This document shows, in pieces, positions 10,601 through 23,630 of a stretch of DNA of 33,000 bases (the stretch's first letter is position 1; each line of letters opens with the position of its first letter). Made by a program: the position numbers and the translations under genes. The DNA is from Botryllus schlosseri. Its lineage: Eukaryota. The notes under the pieces were generated by a model that was not told the origin of the DNA, did not search any database, and was given only the letters and a program-made list of their open reading frames with translations. The DNA is taken from NCBI GenBank assembly GCA_051294905.1, contig CM119385.1:14012001-14045000 (forward strand). Direction: 5' to 3'.

Positions 10601-12859
10601 TACGTTTCGCATTTGTATCGAAAAATGCATGTCTTTGTCCTCGAACACTGAAACTAGCGGACTTGCTGATAGTCCGTATAAGCAATGTACTATAAATTGT
10701 TAGGTTTCAAATACTGTTTATAATTGCATGGTGTATATTTGTATATACTTTATGTCACATTAGAATCGTAATATTTATTATTTATCTTAACTACAGTATA
10801 ATGTATACCGTTTTACACATGTACGACTGTTCGTACAATAATTCTTGCAAACATGAAAAAATCACAGCACCGAGGAAATGCGATGAGTTACCACAGCCTC
10901 ATGATATGCGGATCAGTGTAAATTTAATCACGTGACAAGCGCCCAAGTTGGTAATATGTAATTTCGTGTAATGTAGGCCTACATCATTCACACCGCCGTA
11001 ACCTGTGAAAGCTATAAAAAGATACGTGCAATGTGTATTGTCCATTGACACTACCGATATATCGATGTTGACTTCACCAACTCTATGTCATTGTAATTTT
11101 GTGTGATTCAAATGGAGAAATTTCGGCCTCTTTTTCGTACAGAAATTAGTATTGCTTAATTTATGCAAGAATTACTACTGTAAACTACATATGTCGCTAC
11201 TTCGCCTTTGAGGCGATATTTGGGCATGCCTGTATTCAATTGAGCGCAACTTGAAACGTGGGATGTCGAAATGTGTGTGAGTCGAAATTTATCGAACGTA
11301 TTTTTCAGTTACCCTTACTGTTTCCATCTCATCGTGTAATCGGTCTTCGCCAAATTCAACCAAGTCACATGCTATATAATAAACATTACCCCACTACACA
11401 TTGTATCTCTGTAGTCAGGCTTATCTAATCCAAGATAAATGCACAATCCTCTAACTAGCCATAATCCACGTTCACTTCAAGCACAAAGGTCAATGTCGAA
11501 TATAATTTCCGAATCAATCCGTCGTATAAATTCAAGGACCATAATCCATTATTATGACTCGCCTAATTGTCATGTATGCCATCCTATTTGCCTCGTATGG
11601 TAACTACTATACGCGTCGCTGACATCGGATCATTATTTACCTGATGCATGTTGTACCAATCAAGAAAGGCTTTAATATATATAGATTATGTAATTATCCC
11701 CGCAATCGGTTGCTCCTTTGACTATAAGGAAAATCATTCGATGCAATACACGCAGTCGCATCTTCCATTACCCCAGTGATTATACGCAAGCGCAAAGTAT
11801 GAATCGAGACAGGCCGAAACTTGAAACATACTTGTAATGCGTGAGCAATGTCTAGGTACGTTTTTTCAAAGAATACATGATTTTAATGTCGTTAAAATCT
11901 AATATGCGACTAATCATTCCATGAAACATACGCTGCTTCTCTTCTAATTACTTTCCGCAACGACTTGAAGAAAAGTGAGTACGATGGCCTACAGTAGGCC
12001 TACACACTAAGTGAATTGGCATGTATCATGAACACGGTAAGCAAGCTGGCTCAAAATCTATTCTGATATAAGAAATGACCTCTGAGAAATTTCGAGAAAC
12101 TTCATCACGAGAAATGAAGAGCTAACATATCGGAAGAGAATATTGCGTAAAGCAAGCGATAAAATGCCCATCATCTCGATAGAATCAGTGGGGATCAGTT
12201 TATTTGACTATACATCACACAAACTTCCAACTCAAGTATACGTCACGTGACACGTTATAGATAGAACCATAAAGCTACACCCTAAAACTACGAGTGAGGG
12301 GACATTAATAATAATAACAATACAATTTATTGACGCAATTTTGCATAACAGCGGTTATGGCAGATGTATATCTAAAATATTGGACAATAAAATATGTTTG
12401 TTTCAACAAGAAATTGGTTCGATTCAAATTTGGTTATAAGTTGTATTTGGAAGTTCTCTAATGGCGAATTCATGATCTATTTTTTCTGTTATGTTCGATC
12501 AGCATCAGTCATGTTGATATCAATACGATATCTCACGATTATTCTCATTTAATACTGTAACAGTTGGTTAATCATGTTGGATTGTTCCTGTCGAATTGCC
12601 ATGAAGTATAACTCTCCCAATCTTATCAATGTGTATGTTTATCACAGTTGACACCTGCTCGTCGTGAAATACCTCGTCCCATTTGTCATAAATCAATTAA
12701 CAATATGCAGCTTATTTATCATACGTGCGCCACATATTCTGCCGTGAATATTTTCTATAAAAGATATACATATATAAGATTTAAACCAGTTAGTATATGC
12801 TACGTCGCTGATTAAGATTTCTACGGATGATATCAATAGAATTATATAAATATATAACA

Positions 12860-13040
12860 CGAAAGGCGCGGGTGTGATTTGCAAACCAGCCTTTGAAGAT
12901 GCATTGGATGCATCTGGCGTCACAATATGCGCAGATAGTAAACGTTTGACAAAGTAATCGTGTACTCGTTTCGCAGAGAGTAATGGCGGAACGTGCCCCA
13001 CATCATCGGGATGATACACGGTAGCTCGGGCGCAAATTCG
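12860..13040 (-). pseudogene. Possible decayed FN3 domain fragment
   Basis: MMWG (one frame) followed by VPPLLSAKRVHDYFVK...IVTPDASNASSKAGL (next frame) resembles W-x-PP...I/V-x-x-Y-x-V...GL. Requires a frameshift. Confidence 0.3.
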
Positions 13041-13190
13041 GAGAACAAAATCCGTTTCAATATAATCGCTAAACTAATGACGGCGTCTCATATATAGCTA
13101 TCTGAATGGATCTTATTAGAGAAATTAAAACGATGGCCATATGGGCTGATGCCCACACATAGAATGCATATGCATAGTTTGGGTAATCAC

Positions 13191-13874
13191 TAAGGCGATT
13201 TTTTTGACCTAAAAACGGAAGATTTTGACCTAAAAAATCCAAATTTTTACATTTTTTGACCTTACAAAACTTGATATTGACCAAAATTGACCTAACGTAT
13301 GCTAATTAGGTGTTTTCTCACAAAATGTTACATGTGTACTGCTTATCTTCATTTCTGGTTGGAACTGTCTGTCCTTACGAAGTCGTTTGGCCTGAAAAAA
13401 CGTTTTTGACTCAAAAACTGACAAATTTTTACATGAAAAAACATTATTTTAACGAAATCTGGCCAGATGAAGAATTCCAGTGGGCCTACATAACGTAACT
13501 GAAGTTGTGCGAATGTGCGTGCACTGCTGGTGACACACCGTGTCGCTTCATTCTGACAATTGTGTCCACATATTTTACATCACGCAATCTTGCTTCAGTA
13601 AGGATATTGCGGTACGTTGAGCATAACACCATGTCAACCTGTTTGTTTGATTTGAATGCTTAGGATTCACAATGAGCAGACAATGGGCTATCAACAAAGG
13701 TAGGCCTATAAAGTAGGCTACAGGCTGTAAAATGTCAAATGATAAGCTCACCGACAGAGCAAAATCTTCGATACAAACGAAATGCAGGCTGCAATTTTGA
13801 CATTTTGTGATCTAACCCTACAATTTTGACAAAATTTTGACTTTTTATGACATGTCACAAAAAAAATCGCCCTA
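13191..13874. mobile_element. Non-autonomous hAT (Ac-type target) element
   Basis: TIR TA(A/G)GGCGATTTTTTT / AAAAAAATCGCCCTA, perfect 8-bp TSD GTAATCAC (13183-13190 and 13875-13882), and subterminal TTTTGAC repeats. A second copy lies at 20820-24118. Confidence 0.95.
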
Positions 13875-14220
13875 GTAATCACACATCAATATATCAACAA
13901 TCAGTAGCAGTTACCGTAAGATTGTCGACAGATAAACCTTAAGCTTCAGAACGTGTACCCATATGATTGCATTATGGGTGATACCAGATAATTTATAAGG
14001 GATTGGAAGCAGATATATCATCGATTTAAATGATGTTCTGAACTAAACTCTTTGAGACTAAATTGCCAATCAGATGAACTAATCTTACTAATGTATGGAA
14101 AGATGAAGTGATTTTGTCAACTCTGCATGTTTAGAATATATTCCGGCACTACCAGCACCTCGTTCGAATGATATTTGCCGTTTTCCCCGGCAGGAAGCGG
14201 CTTAAATTCGCGTAATCGAG

Positions 14221-14410
14221 ACGGTGATCGCGATTCAAACGTTACGACCTTGCGACAACTATGCTGATTCGGGTGTCGTCACGTAACGATCTTAGACATA
14301 TCTTTTTACACTACTTTATTCGAATGCGTCCTAATGACAAAAGGAAGTAAGACAGTATGGAGGGGCAGCCTGGCGAGGCTTCACATCTCACGACCTATTG
14401 TGCGTTGACG
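14221..14410 (-). pseudogene. Possible decayed FN3 domain
   Basis: One frame reads VVRCEASPGCPSILSYFL...SLRDDTRISIVVA (TGT could derive from TGG, W), then a shifted frame reads VVTFES. This resembles the FN3 B-C and E-F-G strands and the 1995-2120 segment. Confidence 0.4.
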
Positions 14411-15679
14411 TGGCAATGACGATACGTGACCAAATTTTGCAGAGAATGCAGAGAATTTCATATGTTGCATACAGCTAATTTCAGAACTTTTTCTGCAGAA
14501 CTACATCAATTGAATTGTTTTAAATTCGAATATTTGTACGACGGTATTGTATATCGGTCCATGCGGATGCTTTCTATGCCTCGTCGTCATTTCGCATCAA
14601 ATCTATGTATTCCTCTGGATTTAGCAAGTCAATGATCACCATCAAATCTGCCATTCTGTATGGGACTCATCAGAATTGATATCGGTATTGAATTCGTTGG
14701 TTTGTCAGAGTGGCGCTTATCGCATCTAAAAGCTTTGCGCCACCGACAGAGATGAGTTGATTCTGAGGGCATTCATAATGTATCACACATGTGTATGTGT
14801 ATGGAAACAGTATAAATAGGTTTTGTAACGTTTGTTCCCGTCTATCTAACATATTCAACTAAATATTGCAACTCAGCATGGCGTCGCAAGTATTTTCGTT
14901 GATTATAATTACTATGCGGTTTCATCAGTACGGCATACTTCGCATATATAGTTGGGAGGCGCTACATCCAATCTTGTCCAGATGATAATTCCCTTTGTAT
15001 TATTATTCCGATTTAAGTATCTCTATAATTTAAGTATGCCCCATTGAGATTGAATCGACCATCAGATGGCGTTTCCGAGTAACTATGAAATGTGGCAAAA
15101 CTTGGTTCAGTTTATCTGGTATCAGTCACTGATATGATTGTTATCGTGTATTTTCAGTCTCGGGCTGTTCATCGCTCTAAATATTCGTAATAAGGAAAGT
15201 AATACCAGGGAGGGCTTAAGATACAGAAACCTGTCATTCTAACTGCAACATGCCCCAAACTATGAACGTAGATGGATAATATCCATTGGATATAGGCTAC
15301 ACGGGACATGCGATGAATGCTATTTTACGTAACGAGATAATACCTCCGATTGTTTGCCCCTTGATACAGATTCGACATCGTGACCGTGTGCATGCAAATA
15401 TGCAACACATAGTAATATATATGTTGTGGAATTGCAAAGTTAATCACTGCAGTATAGTATACTGCGGTGTTCACGGTTGGGATCAGGTCCTATCTTGGTT
15501 GGTGCTATCTATATGATAAAATCAGCCGCTCTATTCTAAAGCGTTAAAATTGCGAATGTGTTTGGGAATATAACCAATATATTATCTTGAAACTTCTGGA
15601 AGTTCCGTTACTCTTTAGTTGTAGTTTGTTAGCAATACAGAATTGATATTCCGGATTTTGATATCGAATCGTATTTTCT

Positions 15680-15930
15680 AAGAATAGGAAAATCCGACTG
15701 AAGGCTTTCCGATTTCATAATCTTTCTCTATCAAATTATTTGCCTTCCATATCGCTGCATTAAGCCAATGCAACATTAATTAAGATATCCGATGCTTATA
15801 GATAATGGTGACAAGTTTGTTCAGTGCAATTAACCCTTTATCGTAAATCATCACTGTAGCGGTAGTACTATAAGCACTTGAAAATCAGGTGCTCGCAAAT
15901 GGTAACATTGCAAAGAACCATGTCTACTTC
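15680..15930 (-). mobile_element. Decayed L1/Tx1-like ORF2 C-terminal zinc-finger fragment
   Basis: VLCNVTICEHLIFKC followed, through frameshifts, by LINVALA and AAIWKANN, resembling CxxC..ExxEHLFFxC ... LINxxLxxAKxAIWKxRN. Confidence 0.4.
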
Positions 15931-17816
15931 TGGTCACGATAGGGTTTATCAACAATAGGAAATTACAAACCACAATGCGTGGCAAATATATTAAATGATG
16001 GGGATCGCCTTTGCGTCACCACTCATATATATTTACCGCGATAGTACAAATCAATGTGTACATATCAAGAGCATATCATTTTGTAAAATTAATTTAATGA
16101 CACGTAGCGCCGCATCCGTATAACATTGCAACAGGAGTAACCATTACCATAGTTCGACTTCTCTGCCTCCAAACTCTTGCAGAGATTCAAATTTACTAAT
16201 TACTTCCAGTTAATGGACCTAGATGATAGAATTTGTTGTGATTTCGTTATGTATATCTGATCTATTGTGCAATCGCGATTTATTATAACGGAAAGAGTAT
16301 CATCATAGAGCCACCTTGGGAGTTATTGGTAATGTATTCTGTTCTGCACCTGAGCGGAATTCCACCACGCTTTACCTTTAGCCGATTTCGCAGTTTAAAT
16401 TCACGAAGGAAATCGCTCACTGAGGTGCTGGATTTCATGGTCTCAAAAGCCGCTAATTGGATTTGTAGTATTCGAGGCAAAAGAAAACGAGACTGGGTTT
16501 GATGACGTACAATTTTACCGTTTGTACAAATCACAGAGCGTAATAAATCCAGCGCAGTGTTCCACTCATACTGAAAGATTTTCGTTAGAGACAAACAGAT
16601 TTTTGTTAATTTACTACCTAAAGCCTGCTTAAAGGCGGTAGCTTAAAAAGTTTTTCGTATTTGACCCTATCCTTTGGTTTTCTATTTTTAAAATCTTAAA
16701 CGCATTTACCACTTCAAACGGCGAACGAAGGATCAAGGATTGCTAACTAAATCTTGTTAACATGTTCAGCCAATTTGAAGCAAATGTCAGAGGGAAGAAA
16801 AGATACGAAAATATTTGTATTTCATGCATTCAACTCCTAAAATCCCTTATTTTCAAACACAAGGTTGTGAACCGACGGCCTCAATGATCAAGCTTTGAGA
16901 TTTATTTTTGAGTGAGCGCTGATCATCAGAGTGGATAATTTTCTTAACGAAATACAAATACCATTCCTTCGCCGTTTCGCCAAGTAAACACCATCATCAA
17001 AGGCCAAGAAGGTATTGTTTGTAGTCAATAGTGCTAACGATTCTGTATGATTGATTTGAACTAAATATAGTATAAGTTACGAGATTCTGAGTTATGCTCT
17101 TTTGTCAGCAATGTCACTTCTCGGATACTGTGCGAAGACAACAAATTCACATTTAGATTGTAAATCGATACAGGTTTCATATATCACGGGTTAGCCCACA
17201 TAATGTGTACAAATGTACAATATCCGCACAGATATGCACAGGGAATTTACAGATGCAACAAGACTCTCTCAGCACTATTATGAAAGCCCACATATACAAA
17301 ATCGCTTTTCAGCGCACGATGGCCCACTCCGTCTAACCCCTCGTCCTCGGTGAACCGTGGCAACTGATGACCTGCATATAATATTGCATTTGTCATCTAT
17401 TTCGTAATCGTATATCACCGAGATGGGTGTTTCAAACGAATCGTCATTCTATTAACCAAATATTTCTTCAAACATTTGTAAACATGTCCTGATCCGACTC
17501 TCATTCATATGACAGAGGTCACACATTCGACTTGTTATCATAAACCGAATAATCTGCACCAATGCTCTTCCGCTGTGGTATTGCGTGGTGCAATTTGATA
17601 TTTTCTTTCTCGGGGGCGTGGTTGGAACAGGAATTCAAATCATGCATATATCGTTCGTATGTTTGTGAATGCAGTCTATCCTTTTCCTGAAAATCATTCG
17701 AGATGTCTAACGTATGTATTTCAAAACTATCTTTTGAGATGGTGTCATTCGCTACGTCAGTCCTATCAACGATAATGACAAAGATGACAGTTCATGACCG
17801 AGACTTTTAGATATCT

Positions 17817-17841
17817 GCAACGCAACGCAACGCAACGCTAC
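17817..17841. repeat. (GCAAC)4 GCTAC microsatellite
   Basis: Read directly from the sequence. Confidence 0.9.
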
Positions 17842-18449
17842 GTGCACTAATGATCTAGTTAAAATCCAGACAGAGTTCAATGACTCCAACTTTCGTCTGG
17901 AGTAAAATGGGTCGAATGACGTATTAAATCACGAAGCCATTCTCGCGATTCACTTGAATAAGAGAAAAGATCTGTATATTGACCTTATCAAACAACCGTA
18001 ATGCATCAAATATAGCTCGATAAGGGAATTACTGTAAATCAAATCGAAGACATCGTTGATGAAATGCTGCGAATTGCTAGTGATTTCCCACGATTTGGAG
18101 AGGTATAGTAACAATATTGCTCCTCGAAATGCGGCTGTATTTGCGATCTGACGAAAGACGCGCTGCCAAGTTTTCAACGATCGACGTATTTACAAGCATT
18201 ACTTAGAAGTCGCGCCGATCAATGAGGTTATCAGTCGGTGGCCTTTTGGTAACGAAGTCCTTTATCTCAATGTGAATTGTGATTTGCCGGCGTACGAATA
18301 TGCTAAGTCGCATTTGTGGGCCCGTGATCGATGAATGAAGACGTACATTCGTACAATGATTTTGACTTACTGAGATTACTTGTACACTCGCTATGTCCCG
18401 ACTTCTCATCCATTTCTGCATCGGTTGGCATGTAAAAAATATCTCAAAA

Positions 18450-19015
18450 CAGTGTTTCTTAACCGGTGTTACCTAGAACCCCAGGGGCTCCCTGAACCAG
18501 ACACACACACTTAACTCATACATATGATTTGTGATGACACGCCTGTCTTGTCCGCATTGGTCGAATTGTGACTGTTGAGATGGTACGTCATTGAAGTGGC
18601 GTACGCAGGACTGGTTGAGGATCGAAATCGAAACCTTCTGTAATGCAAATTCTGTCTCCGATATTTGTAAGCTCGCTCTGTTGTGTTTCGACCGAACAAT
18701 ACGATGACACTGCCCTAATAGGTATCGAACTGGTATCAGAAAGGGATCGGCAATAGGCAACAATGAATATTCAACATAGCGTTTTTGTTTTATGTGAAAA
18801 TTATATTTTAACGATTTTGTTCTTTTAACACTTCGTTGATTCACAGTTTATTTTGTACACCAGTAATCCATATAGTAATGTACGAGATGTGTAGTTGGAT
18901 GTATATTGTGCAAGATTCTTGTTTTTATGACTCAATGAAAATCCGGGGTTCCGTGAAGGCTTACAGATTAGCGTAAGTCTTCCTCAGGTTTATAAAGGTT
19001 TATGAAGAACCACTG
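18450..19015. mobile_element. Non-autonomous hAT (CAGTG-ended) element
   Basis: Ends CAGTGTTTCTTAACC / GAAGAACCACTG with subterminal GGGGCTCCCTGA and GGGGTTCCGTGA. Decayed TSD TCTCAAAA / CCTCAACA (6/8). Confidence 0.85.
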
Positions 19016-21195
19016 CCTCAACACAATAGCATTCATAACTTGCCTGCGGAGCGTACAAACGAAGGGTAATATTGTCATGGATAAACGCAAATGAAATGAA
19101 TGCATCTCGTGCGAAAATACTGCAGCTATTAAAGCAAAATTCAAAACAGAGAACAAATAATAGCAGTTGGACTCTCTTAAAATCGGTGGACCAGTCAAAC
19201 CACTACTTCCCAGCAATGCGACTCATATTGCGTCACAGTGACCACCAATATATCTTACCATAAATTCAGATTAATTGCCGTCGGTTCCGCGCGGTCGTGA
19301 CGCAGTTGTTGAGAAGTTTACTTTGTCGTAAGCTTGTAAACATTCGTCTTCAGATTCCAAGAATTATTTTCAGTAGATATCCACTGATTTCAATGAAGGA
19401 TCACCCCAAATCCGCCGGCGCCTACCTAATCAATTTCTCCGGGTTGTCAGAAAATTGGTACCATTCAGAAGTAGCGGATCTAAAAGCGATTTCGAATTGG
19501 ATCAATTTGAAAAAATACCAAACACAACAAAACATTCGTTTTCATCAAGTGATTTAACGACTGTCCATTGAAACAACAATAGCAGCTGTAAAATCGCACT
19601 AATTTCGTTGCTTCTACCTCACATTGTCAATTACATTAATGGAATGGCGAAAATCTACGTTTTATCTCATAGAAATAAGCCTTTGCCGTTCTTCGTCAAT
19701 GACAATGGATTTTCGAGCCAATTTTTCCGCTTCACTTCAAACAGACCGAGAGGAGATATCACGGCTATTTGAATCCTATGATGTACGATCTCACAGCTTT
19801 CCCGCTTTCTGCATGTGCGGTCGTCTGTAATCATCATAGTCTATGGTTATTCTTGAAATTGATATGTTAGCTTTTCCCCATAAATTCGTGGACTCGAATC
19901 TAATCCGAAACACTGGTACTTTTTCATAAATCATATTTATGAGGTGTATATTAATACACCAAAATCAGTACGAGTTGCAATCCTATAGTTTTGACCAAGA
20001 TTGATGTCATTGTCTGCATTGGTGACCTATACCTCTAGATTGCAGTAGCCCGTAGATTGTACAGAGCGTCTATAATGAAAATGATGTTTTTTCACATTGA
20101 TCTTAAGAGATCCATTACTGGACGATATCGAACACACAATCCCAACCATCCCAAGGTTGATGAACCCACAGTCAAATTGAAACATATATGGACGTTTACA
20201 TGATAATATAAGAAAGTGTTGCCTATACTCATCATAGACGACCGCGCAGGGGCAGTGCGTGATTTACTGACAATTTCGCAAAATGTTAGCGTATTTAGTC
20301 ATTTTCCGTCGAAGGAATCTGTACTTTGCTAGAAATGTATGATTGTTATGCACTCGACTATATGTAGAAGCATGTCGCATGCTGTATGGAAGCCAATTTC
20401 ATCATCAAAACGGTATTGGATATATATTCAAGTTGACCGCAGTGCCAATGAGACCGAAACTTGATGTAATATCCGCCGTGAAAAGAATTATTACTATAGG
20501 GAACTCAATACGGATTAGATTTAAGTAAGGATTCTTCGTGAATATAAAGACTCCGAACATATGGCGGACACTGCACCTAATCGCATATACACTCGTGTCT
20601 TTTCCTTACGTCGAAAATTTATTTATTGATGTGATAACGATTGACCTGTAAATGAAATGTCCGTTCGCATGTCAATATGTCAAGATCAGTGAAGTCCGGT
20701 GGGAGTTTTGGAATTCATCCTTGATAACCAGTTTGACAGTGAGGTCCTGAAATAATGCAACTTTTTTTCTAAATAAGGCTGTTCACAGTGTAAAGTGTGC
20801 AGTCTGTGCACTGTGCTAATTTTTGTCGAAATTGTTGCGTGAACTCATAATTTGTCAAAATTGTTTACAAAGTAAATTTTTTTACCTCTGCATTTCGTTT
20901 GTATCGTAGATTTTGCAATGCCGGTGAACTTATCATTTGATATTTTACAGCTTGCAGCCTACTTTGTAGGCCTACCGTTGTAAGCGGCCCATTGTCTGCT
21001 CACTGTGAATCATAAACGGTCAAATGAAACCAATAAGTTGACATGGTGTTATGGTCAACGTACGGCAATATCCTAACCGAAGCAAGACTGCTTGGGCATT
21101 GCATGGTTCTTATATCAAGCAGCGCACGGTGAAAATTGTGATGTAGACAACATTGCCAGAATGAAGCAACACGGTGTGTCTTCAGTAGTGTATGC

Positions 21196-21327
21196 GCTGC
21201 ACAACTTCAGTGTTGTCAGCCAACAACTGCTGCTGTTGAACGTTCTTTCTCCATTCGTGGCAAGCTTCTTAGTAAGGTCAGACGCTTTCTACCGGAGAAT
21301 GTAGGAAAGTGTCTAACGTTGTACTAA
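21196..21327 (+). pseudogene. Fossil hAT transposase C-terminal dimerisation-domain fragment
   Basis: AAQLQCCQPTTAAVERSFSIRGKLLSKVRRFLPENVGKCLTLY* contains the hAT-family PxTxAxVERSFS...R...EN motif and lies inside a TIR element with 8-bp-TSD relatives. Confidence 0.85.
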
Positions 21328-21468
21328 AACAAATTACAGGTGGCGAGATCGCGCTGTGGTATAATCCACAGCTACAACACCGATGAATTGTGGGTTAGAG
21401 TCCGACCGAGGTCGACTCCAAAATTCCTGCCTAAATGTTGGAAGTTTATCTAGGCTCCGCCTCGCCAT

Positions 21469-23630
21469 CAGACATGGGGTGATTACTTCATGAATGTAAT
21501 CGATTGCGATTACGATTACTTCCGAATGACGCGATTACGATTACGATTACGATTACATCAAAATCAGCAAGTAGTCGATTACGATTACGATTACATTGGA
21601 AAAGTAATCACGATTACTCACGATTACATTTATTTTGCATCTTAGAGATTATATTGGAAGACAATATATGGATTGCGCTGAAAGGCTTCCTTGAAAAAGA
21701 TGCGTCATTTGCTTGTTACGTCATGATGTACATATTGCCCATTTTTATAATGGACGATTAATCGCACCCAGCGATTTGCATTCTTGCCAGGTCCATGACT
21801 GCCGTACCCCAAATTTCCCAATAGGGTGGGGAGCGAGCTCGAAAGGGACTGAAAAGTATTTCGTAAACCAACATAAATTATAGAGTATTTTCGAGAGATT
21901 TAATTAACTTGAAAATTGTGTTTTTTCAAGTTGTAAAATTATGCCATATTTGTGTAATGCTTTCGAAAAAACATGTTGTATGAGCCTACGAACAATTGCC
22001 GCTCGATTTAGCCGACATACATCGATATAGGTGGGTTGGAACCCCTCAAAATAGTCGGTTCAACAGTTATATTAAAGATATTTCGTCAAAGAAGCTATAT
22101 TTACCCTATATTTTCAATTGTCAATGTCAATTCACATTCGTGACATCATTGCTTAAAAAAGAAACAATAAAAACATGTTTTAAACAATAGCCGTCTTTTA
22201 AACATGTTTGCTTTAAATTGATTTTTGTTTTAAAAGCAGCCCTAATTTATAGTAATAGGGATTTAGGTTCCAATCAATAACGTGCCACGACACACCAAAG
22301 ACATATGCAGTTTCGACCAATACGCGACTTCACGAAGTGTGCTACTAAAGAAAGACCTTGGCCCAAACCTAGGGTATGTGCCCATTGTCAATCGCCACGC
22401 TGGGTGGGCGTGACTAATAGTCTGGTCCTTCCAATCTGAGCCCACAATGCAAATGCCACTCCTGGGCACCCACGGAGCATTGAAGACATGACAATTTGTG
22501 TGTGCGTCTAACGAAGTCTGCTTTTAGTCTGCTACGTTTTGGATACAACAATATCTTTTGATTATATAGCAGACCGAATGCCATGAATTACCAACATACA
22601 CCAAATTAATTAGAACAAGATACCAGACGTGAATCTGACCATCGGAGGCAGAGAGGGGATTAAAAATTAATAATAATATAATGCAATTACCAATGTTATT
22701 GACGGCATTCAGTCTTCAACTTGAAAATATCACCCTATGGGGGCCAAAGACCAACGTTTGGACTGGGAGACGAATTGCTGTTTTGGTTCTGATTCTAGCC
22801 CATGGCTATGACGGCAGGTCCTTGTGTTGAGTAAAGGATAGTGAAATAACGATTGGCGCCCGTTTCAAGTAGAGTCATATGAGAATAAGATGAAGAGAAC
22901 ATAAAACTCTGCCTTCAACTTAATAAAGAGAATGTACTGCAAGCGGCCGTTACGAAAAACGGCAAAAACGGCTCGGTTTTGATATTAAACAGTAGCTGTT
23001 GATGTTTAATGCTTCGTTTTATTTGACGAGTACAAAATTTCAAATCTTTGTCCGGTGTACACATACGTACTACATGGGCCTACTGCTCGCCAATCAGTAA
23101 CGGTCAGACTGCGTCTAACTAAGCATAACCAAACATCAATACACAAGTTACTATTTTAAACTAGGCAAGTGGTGATTAATTATCCTGCTGCAGTGTACTG
23201 TATGGCGTGTGGAACGTGTTGATAAGCTGATAAACAGCACGGCGGGTGTTCTTACAATCACACTAATGTACGTACATCGAATATCTATTTACTGTGGATA
23301 CTTGTTACGCAATGACTAGCAAAGCTAATAGGCTACTTCTGACGTAATAATAAGCAATGGCATTTGAAAATAAGACGTTTGTGCTATCACGTAACTGGTA
23401 TAACATCTCTTCCTTGTTCACGAATATTCAGTTCATTTCATAGTCCTTGTACAAATAAAAAGTAATCGTTCTTTCACAAAAAAAAATCGATTAGATATGG
23501 GAAGTAGTCGATTACGATTACGATTACTTCGGAATTTTTTCGAATGTAATCGATTGCGATTACGATTACTTGAAAATGCTGTAATCGTCGTAATCGATTA
23601 CGATTACTAATCGCGATTACCCCATGTCTG
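21469..23630. mobile_element. Non-autonomous hAT element with GATTAC subterminal arrays
   Basis: Perfect 12-bp TIR CAGACATGGGGT / ACCCCATGTCTG, perfect 8-bp TSD CTCGCCAT (21461-21468 and 23631-23638), and (C)GATTAC arrays at about 21480-21628 and 23505-23620. Confidence 0.97.
21797..22815. mobile_element. Probable hAT-like element nested in 21469-23630, related to 362-1127
   Basis: Colinear similarity to 362-1127. Partial TIR GACTGCCGT / ACGGC. Candidate TSD AGGTCCAT (21789-21796) / AGGTCCTT (22816-22823). Confidence 0.6.

Larger units (their letters stand above)
17450..20720 (-). mobile_element. Decayed L1/Tx1-like LINE ORF2, interrupted by the hAT at 18450-19015
   Basis: Motifs occur in the expected order on the minus strand: NGSLKINV (about 20110), AYFYEIKRR (about 19670), GSSGLTG...LFSVLNFAL (19120-19215), DFVTKRPPTDNLIDRRDF*...LSSDRKYSRISRSNI...LQIVG (18260-18080), FINDVFDLIYSN, LFQP..KLHHAIP (17630-17576) and RMCDLCHMNES (about 17500-17530). 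Boundaries are approximate. Confidence 0.55.

Noticed and set aside
10973-12002. Recurrent TAGGCCTAC motifs (also near 13700 and 20967)
   Set aside because: Short, partly within a MITE family, and no evidence of an array or function.
12440-12830. LINE linker-like peptides (IYDKWDEVF, GNSTGTI, NENNREI) on the minus strand
   Set aside because: Ambiguous: this could be a LINE fossil or a continuation of the adjacent FN3-like remnant.
13069-13498. ORFs 13069-13284 and 13310-13498, and similar peptide at 23796-23999
   Set aside because: The peptide similarity reflects two copies of the same MITE, not coding constraint.
16700-16980. Inverted pairs AAACGGCGAA/TTCGCCGTTT and TATTTGTATTT/AAATACAAATA
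   Set aside because: Spacing is asymmetric and no TIR or TSD was found.
21504-21761. ORF with ITITITI and RLRLRL runs; possible CRISPR-like array
   Set aside because: It is the translation of the GATTAC subterminal repeats. There are no unique spacers or cas genes.
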